21,956 nucleotides of DNA from the NCBI RefSeq assembly GCF_006345805.1, contig NW_021823581.1, positions 1-21,956 of the forward strand. The letters are read 5' to 3'. This document shows, piece by piece, positions 9,127 through 19,376 of the stretch (its first letter is position 1; each line of letters starts with the position of its first letter). The translations under genes were made by a program, and so were the position numbers. Under the pieces are notes generated by a model. It had not been told where the DNA came from. It searched no databases and saw nothing but the letters and a program-made list of their open reading frames with translations. This DNA is from Octopus sinensis (lineage: Eukaryota).

Positions 9127-9290
9127 AGGCGCAGGAGTGGCTGTGTGGTAAGTAGCTTGCTTACGAACCACATGGTTCCGGGTTCAGTCCCACTGCGTGG
9201 CATCTTGGGCAAGTGTCTTCTGCTATAGCCCCGGGCCGACCAATGCCTTGTGAGTGGATTTGGTAGACGGAAACTGAAAGAAGCCCGTTG

Positions 9291-9321
<31 letters not shown>

Positions 9322-9506
9322 ATATATGTTTGCGTGTCTGTGTTTGTCCCCTCCCCCCAATATCGCTTGACAACCGATGCGGTTCTGCAAAAAGACCGAT
9401 AGAATAAGTGCTAGGCTTACAAAGAATAAGTCCTGGGGTCAATTTGCTTGACTAAAAGTGGTGCTCCAGCATGGCCACAGTCAAATGACTGAAACAAGTA
9501 AAAGAG
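9127..9506 (+). mobile_element. SINE family A with ~28-bp internal deletion (probable donor of the 6.6-7.1 kb duplicate)
   Basis: aggcgcaggagtggctgtgtggtaag..gaaacaagtaaaagag. Confidence 0.92.
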
Positions 9507-9749
9507 CATATATATATATATATGTGTGTGTGTGTATATATATATATTTATTTATACACACACACACACATGCAGCTACACATACCATCAGAGTGCAATG
9601 AAACTGTATTCTATCATGATACCATTTTGTGCTCGGTGGTATGGTGTGGAAAGGATATCTGTGGTTGAGATTTAGCTTCTATTTCTAGCAACTGAGGTGA
9701 CTACGGAGGTTCTCCTCCAAATGCAATGGAGCCAGCGTAATGGTAGCAA

Positions 9750-10276
9750 ATGTTGGTGGTGGTGGTGGTATGGGTGGTGGTAGTGGTGGTGGTGGTTGCA
9801 TTGGTGACAATGTTTTGTCAAGGAGATAACAACAGGGTGACAAGGTCCAAGGAAATCACTCTAACATCAAACGGGGTCACACACCTCAGTTCCACCCTGC
9901 TACTACCCCCCCCCCGACTTCTCTCCCCCACACCCAACGCCACCACCACCACCCTTCCTGCTCCTGCATTCGACGCCTCCCCCCTACATTCCTCCCACAC
10001 CCAGATCCTACCTATCTCACCTGTATCAATGAGAGATAACAATAAAAGCTGGGTGGTGTGGTCGTGGTGTGGGGGGATGCAACACAGGGTGTCAGTGGGG
10101 TATGCAATACACAGAGATATGCAAGTAATGATTGGGGTGGGGTACCGGTGGTGTTGATGGAGGTGTCAGAGTGGTGATAGTGGTGGTGGTGGTGATGGTG
10201 GTGGTGATGACGGTGATGATGTTGGTGGTGATGGTGGTGATGGTGGCGCCAGTGGTGGTGGTGGTGGTAGTGGTTG
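9750..10276. repeat. (GGT)n/(GGTGAT)n low-complexity tracts flanking a C-rich core
   Basis: GGT runs at about 9755-9800 and 10170-10275; C-rich 9905-9990. Confidence 0.8.
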
Positions 10277-10404
10277 CATGAAATTTTGCATGAAAGTGGC
10301 CGGTTACTCGATATGGTTTTCTAGAGAAATTGTTTTATTAGATGCTTGCAAGAAGTGGGGCGATAGGGACTTCGAAGTTTTGGGGCTTGCTGGTCTTCAA
10401 ACAT

Positions 10405-10517
10405 ATATGTGCCTAAGTGAATGTGTATGTGTGCATCTGTGTGTCTGCATGTACACACACACACAAATGCACACACGTATATATATATATATATATATAT
10501 AGATATATATATTATAT

Positions 10518-10564
<47 letters not shown>

Positions 10565-10779
10565 ATATATATATATATACATGTATATATATACATATAG
10601 ATAGATAGATAGACAGATCCACACACGCACATAAATATATGCATGTGTATATATGCATGTATATATATGTATATATATATATGCATATATATATATATGC
10701 ATATATATGTATATGTGTGTGTGTGCTGCATATATGTATCTATGTATATGCACATATATATATATATACATACATGTGC

Positions 10780-10823
<44 letters not shown>

Positions 10824-10930
10824 TATGTATATGCATGTATATATACATATACATGCATATACACACACATGCACACATACATAATATATACATATATACA
10901 CACACACACATGAATATATACATATACACA
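10405..10930. repeat. Long compound (TA)n/(TATG)n/(CA)n microsatellite
   Basis: Direct inspection. Confidence 0.95.
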
Positions 10931-11188
10931 GCTGTGTGTAAGACCTTTGGTCTCCTCCCAAATCTTCAATGTTACCTTCTAGTAGTTGTCAAAGGTCACA
11001 CTGTGCGGTGGAGGGGGTGGGGTGGGTGGGGTAGAGTGAAGATGGTGTAGGAGGGAGGGTGGGAGGGTGGGAGGGAGGGCAAGATAGATGACAACAACAA
11101 CAACAACAACAACCGGCATCCTCTTTATCTGGCTTAATTAGACTTTACAGCTTTGTCACCAGGGGCTGTCAAGTTTCTGGCAGGCCGC

Positions 11189-11192
11189 CACC

Positions 11193-11231
<39 letters not shown>

Positions 11232-11413
11232 GCTACTACTACCACTGCCACTACTACCACCACCACCACTACTACTACTACTACCACCACCACCACCACC
11301 ACTACTACTACTACCACCACCACCACCACTACTGCTACTACTACTACCACTACTACTACTACCACCACCACCACCACTACTACAAACACTACTACTACTA
11401 CTACTACTACAAA

Positions 11414-11448
<35 letters not shown>

Positions 11449-11471
11449 TGCTGCTACTACTACTACTACTA

Positions 11472-11507
<36 letters not shown>

Positions 11508-11522
11508 CACTACCACCACCAC
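11189..11522. repeat. Compound (CAC)n/(TAC)n trinucleotide microsatellite
   Basis: In-phase alternating CAC and TAC blocks. Confidence 0.95.
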
Positions 11523-11779
11523 TGTAACCCTCTTCCCGCCTTCACCAACTGTCATCAACACACCACATCCCACCCGTCACCACACACACACACTCATTAC
11601 TGCCACTGCAAAGCAGCTTATCACAACCACCATACTGTGTACCATCGACAGCCTTACCATTGTCACCCCCATCCTCACCACAACAACCACCACCACCACA
11701 CTCTTCGTCTGTGGGAATGACTGTGAAAGAAGAGACAGTAGTTAAAAGTGGAAATATCTTGGTTCATATTTAAATGTTC

Positions 11780-11866
11780 ATACATACATATACAAATATT
11801 CATATATATGCATATATATATAATATATATATACACACTTATACACATACATATATATATATATAT

Positions 11867-11900
<34 letters not shown>

Positions 11901-11946
11901 AATATATATATTATATATATATAATATATATATATAATATATTATA
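11780..11946. repeat. (TA)n-rich microsatellite
   Basis: Direct inspection. Confidence 0.9.
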
Positions 11947-12116
11947 TGTAGAAAAATACAAACTGGGACGAGAACGTTGAAAACATTTAGAAAACGATAC
12001 AAAAAACATGGACGGATCATTCGAAGCCTTCAATCTTCAGTCAAGAACCGGATCATCCTTGCAATTTCGGCTGATTAGCAAGGATGATCTGGTCCTTGAC
12101 TGAAGATTGAAGGCTT
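11946..12116. mobile_element. Repeat fragment ending in a 39-bp-arm fold-back (possibly Penelope-like)
   Basis: Arms 12024-12062 and 12078-12116 with 2 mismatches and a 15-nt loop. Family identity is inference only. Confidence 0.45.
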
Positions 12117-12294
12117 ATATATATATATATATATATATATATACGAACACACACACACATATATATGTATACACACACATATTTATATATATTCATATAC
12201 ACACTTGTATATATATATATACACACACATATTGTATATATTATACACACACATATTTATATATATTCATATACACACTTGTGTATATATATAC

Positions 12295-12866
12295 GAGGTG
12301 GTGAAGCACGACCTTCGAACTCTAGGTCTCACCAAGGAAATGACCAGAGACCGAGACCTATGGAAGTATGCTGTGCATGAGAAGACCCGGCAAGACCAGT
12401 GAGAACAATCAAAATCAAATCATATATCAGAAAGCAGGGGTTAAGTGACCCATCCGTTCGTGTCCACTGTCAGCCTCGTCTGGCACCTGTGCCGGTGATA
12501 TGTGAAAGCACCATTCGCTCGTGGCCGTTTGCCAGCTCTGCCTGGCCCCGTGTCGGTGGCACGTAAAAGCACCGTCTGTTCGTGGCCGTTTGCCAGCTCT
12601 GTCTGGCCCCATGTCGGTGGCACATAAAAGCACCATCCGTTCGTGGCCGTTCGCCAGCTCTGTCTGGCACCTGTGCAGGTGGCACGTAAAAAACACCCAC
12701 TACACTCGCGGAGTGGTTGGCGTTAGGAAGGGCATCCAGCCGTAGAAACACTGCCAGATCTGACTGGGCCTGACGAAGCCTTCTAGCTTCACAGACCCCA
12801 GTTGACCCGTCCAACCCATGCTAGCATGAAAAGCGGACGCTAAATGATGATGATGATGATGATGAT
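12295..12866 (+). mobile_element. LINE family B, 5'-truncated 3' end: last ORF codons, 3' UTR VNTR, (TGA)n tail
   Basis: [35 protein letters not shown] (stop 12400-12402) resembles the C-terminus of RTE-type non-LTR ORFs (xxDLxxLGL..DRxxW). It is followed by 61-62 bp repeats and a gatgatgat tail. Confidence 0.8.
12445..12700 (+). repeat. 61-62 bp minisatellite, about 4 units
   Basis: ctggc(a/c)cc at 12480, 12542, 12603 and 12664. Confidence 0.9.
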
Positions 12867-12882
12867 ATATATATATATATAT

Positions 12883-14178
12883 ATAGGGTCTTCCCAAAAA
12901 TAATGCAGGGTTTTTTTCAATTGCATGAACTAAAAGTTGGAGGGGAACAGGATAAACCACCTGCATCAACTTGCTATAAAAGCAGGTAACAATTTTACCT
13001 TGTCATTATTCTTAGTGCAAGTTTTGAAGAGTGCAGTTCGATTTTAACAGTTATTTTTTTCAAAGCTATAATGGAAGTGACAAAGGACCATATTCGGCAT
13101 ATTTTGCTTTAGGAGTTCAACAAAAGCAACAACGCAACGGGAAGTGCGGGGAATATTAATACAATATATGGGGATTGGACAATAAGCACAAGCCAGTGTC
13201 AAAGGTGGTTCCAGAAATGTCAAGCCGGAAACTACTGCCTAGAAGACAAGCTGCATCCTGGAAGATCTGCAGAGCTTGATGAGGACGTCTGGCAAAACCT
13301 GGTGGAACAAAATTCCATCGTAACTGTTGAGGAACTAGCAGAGAAGCCTGGATTTGGTCATTGAACCATTCATCAACACCTGTGTGCCATCAGAAAAGTC
13401 AGCAAATTGGATCGATGGGTTCCTCACAAATTCTCCAAGGCTAATCACAGGCAGAGAGTGAATGTGTTCTCTTCTTTGCTGTCACGTCTCATGAATGAAC
13501 CATTTTTGGACCCAATGGTAACTGGTAACGAGAAATGGGTTTTCTATAAAAATATCAAGCGCCGAAGACTGTGGGTTAGGGAAAGGAGAAACACCAGCAC
13601 CCCAGGCTTTTAAAGAAGGTCTTCACCCATGTATGATGTTGTTTTTTGTTTGGCGGGATATAAAAGGTTGAGTCCGCTTTAATCTTTTAAACCCAAACCA
13701 AACGATAACAAAGGAGATATACTGCGAACAGATTGAGTGGCTTGAGTCAGTGTTAGAAGGAAAATGACCAATTATTGGTTTCAAGACAAAAGGCGTTCTT
13801 CCATCAGGATAATGCTTGGCCACAAACAGCAAGGTTGACATTCCAAAGGTTGGAGCAATTTCAGTGAGAAATGATGCCCCACCCACCATATTCGCCAGAC
13901 ATTGCACCATCTGATTATCATTTATTCTGCAGTCTTCAAAATCATTTGGATGGGAAAAATATGAATTCTGTAGACGAGGTCAGAGCAGTACTGGAGGAGT
14001 ATATTTCGTCATAGACAAGTGAAAATTTGGAAAAGCGGCTTTGCAAGTCTACCAGACAGAGTCGAAGAACAGTGTAGAAAATGAAGGAGAGTATATTTTA
14101 GATTAAAAAAGAACTTTGTTTTTTGTTTAAGAAATAAAAGAAGTATAAAAAAAACACACTATTAACAGGATGACCTAA
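12883..14178 (+). mobile_element. Full-length (~1.3 kb) degenerate mariner transposon
   Basis: Decayed TIRs tagggtcttcccaaaaataatgcaggg / acacactattaacaggatgaccta, TA-flanked; contains a transposase pseudogene. Confidence 0.92.
13071..14106 (+). pseudogene. Mariner DD34D transposase pseudogene
   Basis: MEVTKDHIRHILL*.., WVPHK, TGNEKW (first catalytic D changed to N), HQDNA..PYSPDIAPSD with 34 residues between the two Asp; several stops and frameshifts. Confidence 0.93.
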
Positions 14179-14192
14179 TACATACATATATA

Positions 14193-14450
14193 TCATCATC
14201 ATCATCATCGTTTAATGTCTGTTTTCCATGCTAGCATGGGTTGGACGGTTCAACAGGGGTCTGGTAAGCCATGGAGGCTGCACCAGGCTCCAATCTTGAT
14301 CTGGCAGAGTTTCTACAGCTGGATGCCTTTCCTAACACCAACCACTCTGAGAGTGTAGTGGGTGCTTTTTACATGCCACTGGCACAGGGGCCAGGCGAGG
14401 CTGGAAATGGCCACGATCGGTGGGTGCTCTTTACATGGCACCGGCACAGT
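14193..14450 (-). mobile_element. LINE family B 3' end with about 1.5 VNTR units
   Basis: (cat)n cgtttaatgtctgttttccatgctagcatgggttgga..ggatgcctttcctaac..ttttacatgccactggcacagg. Confidence 0.85.
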
Positions 14451-14474
14451 CGCCATTCAAGGTGGCACTGGCAT

Positions 14475-14605
14475 CTCTCCTAGAACTACATTGCGGGAAC
14501 ATGTGTCTGTGGAATACTTGGCCACTTGTATGATCATTTCATGAGCAGGCTGTTCTGTCGAATGGTATCAACTGGAAACACTCACTATCGTGGTAAGCAA
14601 CAGAG
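14475..14605 (+). mobile_element. Decayed C/D-type SINE 3' module
   Basis: gaactac..gtgtctgtggaatacttggccacttgt..atttcatgagcaggctgttc..tcaactggaa. Confidence 0.65.
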
Positions 14606-14643
14606 AGATAATTTTTAGTGGTATCCCACCCCAAGACAAAATA

Positions 14644-14874
14644 TATTTCTTTATTGCCCACAAGGAGCTAAACATAGAGGGGACAAACAAGGACAGACAA
14701 ACGGATTAAGTAGATTCTATCGGCCCTAGTACGTAACTGGTACTTAATTTATCGATCCCGAAAAGATGAAAGGCAAAGTCGACCTCGGCGGAATTTGAAC
14801 TCAGAACGTAAAGGGCAGACGAAATACGGCTACGCATTTCGCCAGGCGTGCTAACGTTTCTGCCAGCTCGCCGC
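14644..14874 (-). mobile_element. SINE family F, full length
   Basis: Minus strand gcggcgagctggcagaaacg..gagttcaaattcc (B box)..gaggtcgactttgcctttcatc; 9-bp TSD gacaaaata at 14635-14643 and 14875-14883. Confidence 0.88.
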
Positions 14875-15289
14875 GACAAAATAGTGACTCAGGGGTGTAT
14901 GACCGCGTGGGGGTGGGGGGCAAGCAGGCGGGCGGGGTGGGGTGTTAGCAGAGACAGTGTCCTTTAGAGATTGTTGTAACGGTGGAGGGGGAGGGGAGAG
15001 CAATCCGAACCCCCTTCTTCATGTCATCATCATCATCATCATCATCTTCATCATACAAGGGGGGGAATGACTTCTGTTGAAATGTCAGGCAGCTGCCTGT
15101 CTGCGACAACAACACCCACACCAACCAACCAACAACAACTACCTGCTGCTACTGTAATGCTATCCTCTTATCCCCTTCTCTACCCCCCCTCACCTCCTTC
15201 TGCATCATTCTTCTTCTTCTTCTTCTAGTGTGCCCCGCCCTTCACTTCCTCCCCAATTTCTTTCCTCTCTTCTTTTTCTCTCCTTCATC

Positions 15290-15425
15290 ACACACACACA
15301 CACACACACACATGCACACACACACACATGCACACACACACATGCACACACACACATGCACACACACACACACATGCACACACACACATGCACACACACA
15401 CATGCACACACACACACAGACACAC
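15290..15425. repeat. (CA)n with periodic TG interruptions
   Basis: cacacacacatg-like units. Confidence 0.95.
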
Positions 15426-15509
15426 ACCCGAATGCTGTCCTTGTTTTTGCTCCTCTGAGAAATTCTTGCATATACTATCGCCCCATCCAACACACATCAA
15501 CCACTTCTT

Positions 15510-15690
15510 CAACTACCACCACCACCACCACCACCGAAACTTCTACTACTGCTGCTGCCACCATCGCACTCATTATATGTTTTATCACCACCACCACCAC
15601 CACCACCGCCGCCAGCACCACCAGCACCACCGCCGCCACCGCCACCACAACCGCCACCACCACCACCACCATTAATGCTACATACCATAC
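15510..15690. repeat. (CAC)n/(CGC)n low-complexity tract
   Basis: Direct inspection. Confidence 0.85.
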
Positions 15691-15801
15691 AACCGCCAAA
15701 GGAGTGGAAGGAGGTTTGGTTGCTATTTCTTGACATTGAATATTTCAAAAGCCAGTTTCTGCTGCAAATGTTGTGTTTTGTGGTGATTCTGCACACACAC
15801 A

Positions 15802-15837
<36 letters not shown>

Positions 15838-15840
<3 letters not shown>

Positions 15841-16016
15841 TAGGAAATATGATTCCAAACTTACAGGGAAAAATTCAATTTAGTATTACTAAATCAAATT
15901 TCACAATATGTAATGTATGTATATAAATTAGAGAAGAACCACATCTTATCAATTCATTAATTGAAATAACAATGATATGATTAAATTATACCATATAGAA
16001 AAAAATTAAATATACG
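15838..16016 (+). mobile_element. AT-rich interspersed repeat (family E), related to 19515-19722
   Basis: caaacttacagggaaaaa and aaattagaga..aaccac occur in both places. Confidence 0.55.
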
Positions 16017-16251
16017 ACAAAACAAATATACTCTTTACTCTTTTAATTGTTTCAGTCATTTGACTGTGGCCATCCTGGAGCACCGCCTTTAGTCAAGCAA
16101 ATCGACCCCCAGGACTTATTCTTTGTAAGCCCAGTACTTATTCTATCGTTCTCTTTTGCTGAACCGCTACATGACGGGGACGTAAATACACCAGCATCGG
16201 TTGTCAAGCAATGCTAGGGGGACAAACACAGACAAACAAACACATACACAT

Positions 16252-16310
<59 letters not shown>

Positions 16311-16667
16311 ACATATATATATACATATATACGACAGGCTTCTTTCAGTTTCCGTCTACCAAATCCACTCACAAGGCATTGGTCGGCCCAGGGCTATAGC
16401 AGAAGACACTTGCCCAAGATGCCACGCAGTGGGACTGAACCCGGAACCATGTGGTTGGTCAGCAAGCTACTTACCACACAGCCCCTCCTGCGCCTCCACA
16501 CAGCCCCTCCTGCGCCTCCACACAGCCCCTCCTGCGCCTCCACACAGCCCCTCCTGCGCCTCCACACAGCCACGTATATTTAATTTTTTCTATATGGTAT
16601 AATTTAATTATATCATTGTTATTTCATTAATGAATTGATAAAATGTGGTTCTTCTCTAATTTATATA
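15920..16667. repeat. ~95-bp inverted repeat (15920-16016 / 16573-16667) enclosing a SINE
   Basis: tataaattagagaagaaccacat..ttaaatatacg vs cgtatatttaa..atgtggttcttctctaatttata; about 4 differences. Confidence 0.92.
16029..16571 (-). mobile_element. SINE family A with 22-bp 5'-terminal reiteration (4.5 copies, 16474-16571)
   Basis: ccacacagcccctcctgcgcct at 16474, 16496, 16518, 16540 and a partial copy at 16562. Confidence 0.92.
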
Positions 16668-16679
16668 TATATATATATA

Positions 16680-17569
16680 TTGGATCATCCCATAAATAAT
16701 GTGGTTTTTCCAATTGCATGAGTCAGAAGAGGATGGGATAAACTATCTGCATCAACTTGCTTTGAAAGCAGGTAGTAATTTTCCCTTTTTCCTTATTCTT
16801 AGTGCAGTTCGATTTTAACAGTTATTTTTTCCAAGCTATAATGGAAGTGACAAAGGAGCATATTCGGCATATTTTGCTTAATGAGTTCAATAAAGGCAAC
16901 AATGCAAAGGAAAGTGTGAGGAATATTAATGCAGTATATGGGGATCAGACAATAAGCATAAGCCAGTGTGAAAGGTGATTCCAGAAATTCCAAGCTGGAA
17001 ACTACAGCCTAGAAGTTGAGCCTTGTCCTGGAAGATCTGTAGAGCTTGATGAGGATGTCTGACAAACCCTGGTGGAAGAAAATACCATCATAACTGTTGA
17101 GGAACTAGTAGAGAAGCTTGGATTTGGTCATTCAACTACTCATCGACACCAGCACTAGAAGAAAACGACCATCTTTGGTTCCAAGACGAAAGGTATTCTT
17201 CCATCAGGATAATGCTTGACCACATACAGCAAGGATGCCATTCCAAAGGCTGGAGCAGTTTCAGTGGGAACCGATGTCCCACCCACCATATTCGCTGGAC
17301 ATTGCCCCATCTGACTATCAGTTATTCAGCAGTCTTCAAAATCATTTGGATGGGAAAAATATGAATTCTCCAGACGAGGCCAGAAGAATATTTTTCATCA
17401 TGGACAAGTGAATTTTGGAAGAGGGGCCTTGCAAGTCTCCTAAATAGATGGAAGAGCATTGTAGAAAATGAAGGAGAGTAAATTTCTGATTAAAAAAGAA
17501 TTTTGTTTATCTTAATTTTAAAAAGTAAAAGAAATATAAAAAAAACGCATTATTTATGGAATAATCCAA
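16680..17569 (+). mobile_element. Internally deleted mariner (890 bp), same family as 12883-14178
   Basis: TIRs ttggatcatcccataaataatgtggttttt / aaaaaacgcattatttatggaataatccaa flanked by TA; ATG at 16841; lacks the equivalent of about 13381-13748; retains PYSLDIAPSD. Confidence 0.92.
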
Positions 17570-17688
17570 TATATACACACACATATATCATCACTTTAGT
17601 GACGATTGTACTTGTACCTTGTGATTTTAAATTGTGACTAAGCCACTTTTATAATTTATATATAAATAATAATAATAATAATAATAAT

Positions 17689-17849
17689 CATCATCATCAT
17701 CGTTTAACGTCCGTTCTCCATGCTAGCATGGGTTGGACGGTTCGACCAGGGATCTGGGAAGCCAGAAGGCTGCACCAGGCTCCAGTCTTATCTGGCAATG
17801 TTTTTTTACAGCTGGATGCCCTTCCTAACGCCAACCACTCCGTGAGTGT
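17689..17849 (-). mobile_element. LINE family B, short 3' end
   Basis: (cat)n cgtttaacgtccgttctccatgctagcatgggttgga..cctaacgccaaccactccgtgagtgt. Confidence 0.88.
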
Positions 17850-17995
17850 TAATAATAGTAATAATAATAATAATAATAATAATATGGGCTTTGTATATTT
17901 TACCCCAGTGTCACTTTGATGGCATGAACTGCTCTCTCACTCAATAATAATAATAATAATAATAATAATAAGCAAATCTGAGGTATTGAGCAGAA

Positions 17996-18150
17996 TATTT
18001 GCTGTAGGCCATCTTTTATACCAAGACAAAACAATGTACATGATAACACTTCCAATTAGTTAAGATCAGAAGCCATGAGAGCCCCTGTTTGGAAGTGTTA
18101 TCATGTACATTGTTTTGTCTTGGTATCAAAGATGGGTTTTACAGCAAATA
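17996..18150. repeat. Fold-back with ~60-bp arms, 38-bp perfect core, 33-nt loop
   Basis: ataccaagacaaaacaatgtacatgataacacttccaa and its exact reverse complement starting at 18089. Confidence 0.92.
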
Positions 18151-18339
18151 GAGGATGTTCGGATGGAACTCAAGACCTCTTTGTTCACAGTGGAACTTGT
18201 AGAGACGTGCAATGGAAGGGAAGTAACTGTGTTGTTGCTTGCGACCGGAGAAGTGGAGAGGAGGAGTGCGGAGATGGGAGAAGGAGCAAAGAAGGAAGTA
18301 AAGGGGAGTAGAAAGGGAGAGGGACAGGGACAGGTACTC

Positions 18340-18586
18340 AGAGAGAGAGAGAGAGGTTGAGGGAGAGAGAGAGAGGTTGAGTCAGAAAGTGAGCGGAGAA
18401 GGAGAGAGAGAGAGAAATAGTGAGATCGATAGAGAGACACGGAGAGAAAGAGAGATAGGGTGAGGCAGAGACAGAGAGATTGTACAGTGGATGAGGGAGG
18501 GAGAGAGAGAGAAAGGCATATAGAAGATATGAGACAGAGAGAGAGAGGGAGAAACAGATAAACATAGAGAGAGAGAGAGAGAGAAA
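18340..18586. repeat. (GA)n-rich polypurine tract
   Basis: Direct inspection. Confidence 0.9.
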
Positions 18587-18633
18587 GACACAACCGGATA
18601 GTCCGACAGATACAAATATACAGTATATATATA

Positions 18634-18811
18634 TATTTCTTTACTACCCACAAGGAGCTAAACACAGAGGGGACAAACAAGGACAGACAAAGGTATTAAG
18701 TCGATTACATCGACCCCAGTGCGTAACTGGTACTTATTTAATCGACCCCCGAAAGGATGAAAGGCAAAGTCGACCTCAGAGGTGGAATTTGAACTCAGAA
18801 CGTAACGACAG
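18634..18811 (-). mobile_element. SINE family F, 5'-truncated
   Basis: Aligns with 14644-14820; possible TSD acagtatat. Confidence 0.85.
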
Positions 18812-19344
18812 TATATGTATATGGCAAATCGAAAGATCACCTAATATATATATATACATATACACACAAACGGAAATTGAGGGAAAGACACAAAGAGAAA
18901 GGCAAAGCGAGAGAGGGAGAGAGAGAGAGAGAAGCAGATAAATACATAAAGAGAGAGAAAAGGGGAGACAGAACTCCCGCCAAATCGGTGTTTACGACCG
19001 AATCTTTCCCGTTGGAGCAGGAAATCTTCAACAGCCACTGGTTGTATATTACATTTGGTATGATTTGTATATTTCAAGTCTTTCTGTATATACACGTTGA
19101 TGATATATTATAATGCATGCATATATATATATATACATCTTTATATCCATAACTATGTATAATGTTATATGAGGTTTTAAATATAATAATATTAGCATTC
19201 ATTGAAGCTCTTGACATTTTAAAATCCGTTGTTATATATAATATATACTCACACACACACATTGCATTAATACACACACATATATATTTCGTTTCAGCAC
19301 ACGATCTCAGATCAAGTCACTCGCTATGCAAGTACATCTCCGTA

Positions 19345-19369
<25 letters not shown>

Positions 19370-19376
<7 letters not shown>

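Noticed and set aside
9750-10157. 135-aa ORF
   Set aside because: Low complexity, no recognisable domain.
10321-10969. Long ORFs of 190-202 aa
   Set aside because: Translations of stop-free (TA)/(CA) microsatellite (YIYI/VCVC).
11153-11720. His/Tyr-rich or Val-rich protein ORFs
   Set aside because: Pure trinucleotide repeat with no complex coding flank or splice evidence.
12060-12116. Hammerhead ribozyme (CTGAAGA and GAAA present near the hairpin)
   Set aside because: I could not build stems II and III in the required geometry; a covariance-model search would be needed.
13071-14106. Domesticated or active mariner transposase
   Set aside because: Multiple stops and frameshifts, and loss of the first catalytic Asp.
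15205-15926. Cluster of overlapping THTH/TTTT/GGGG ORFs
   Set aside because: Microsatellite artefacts.
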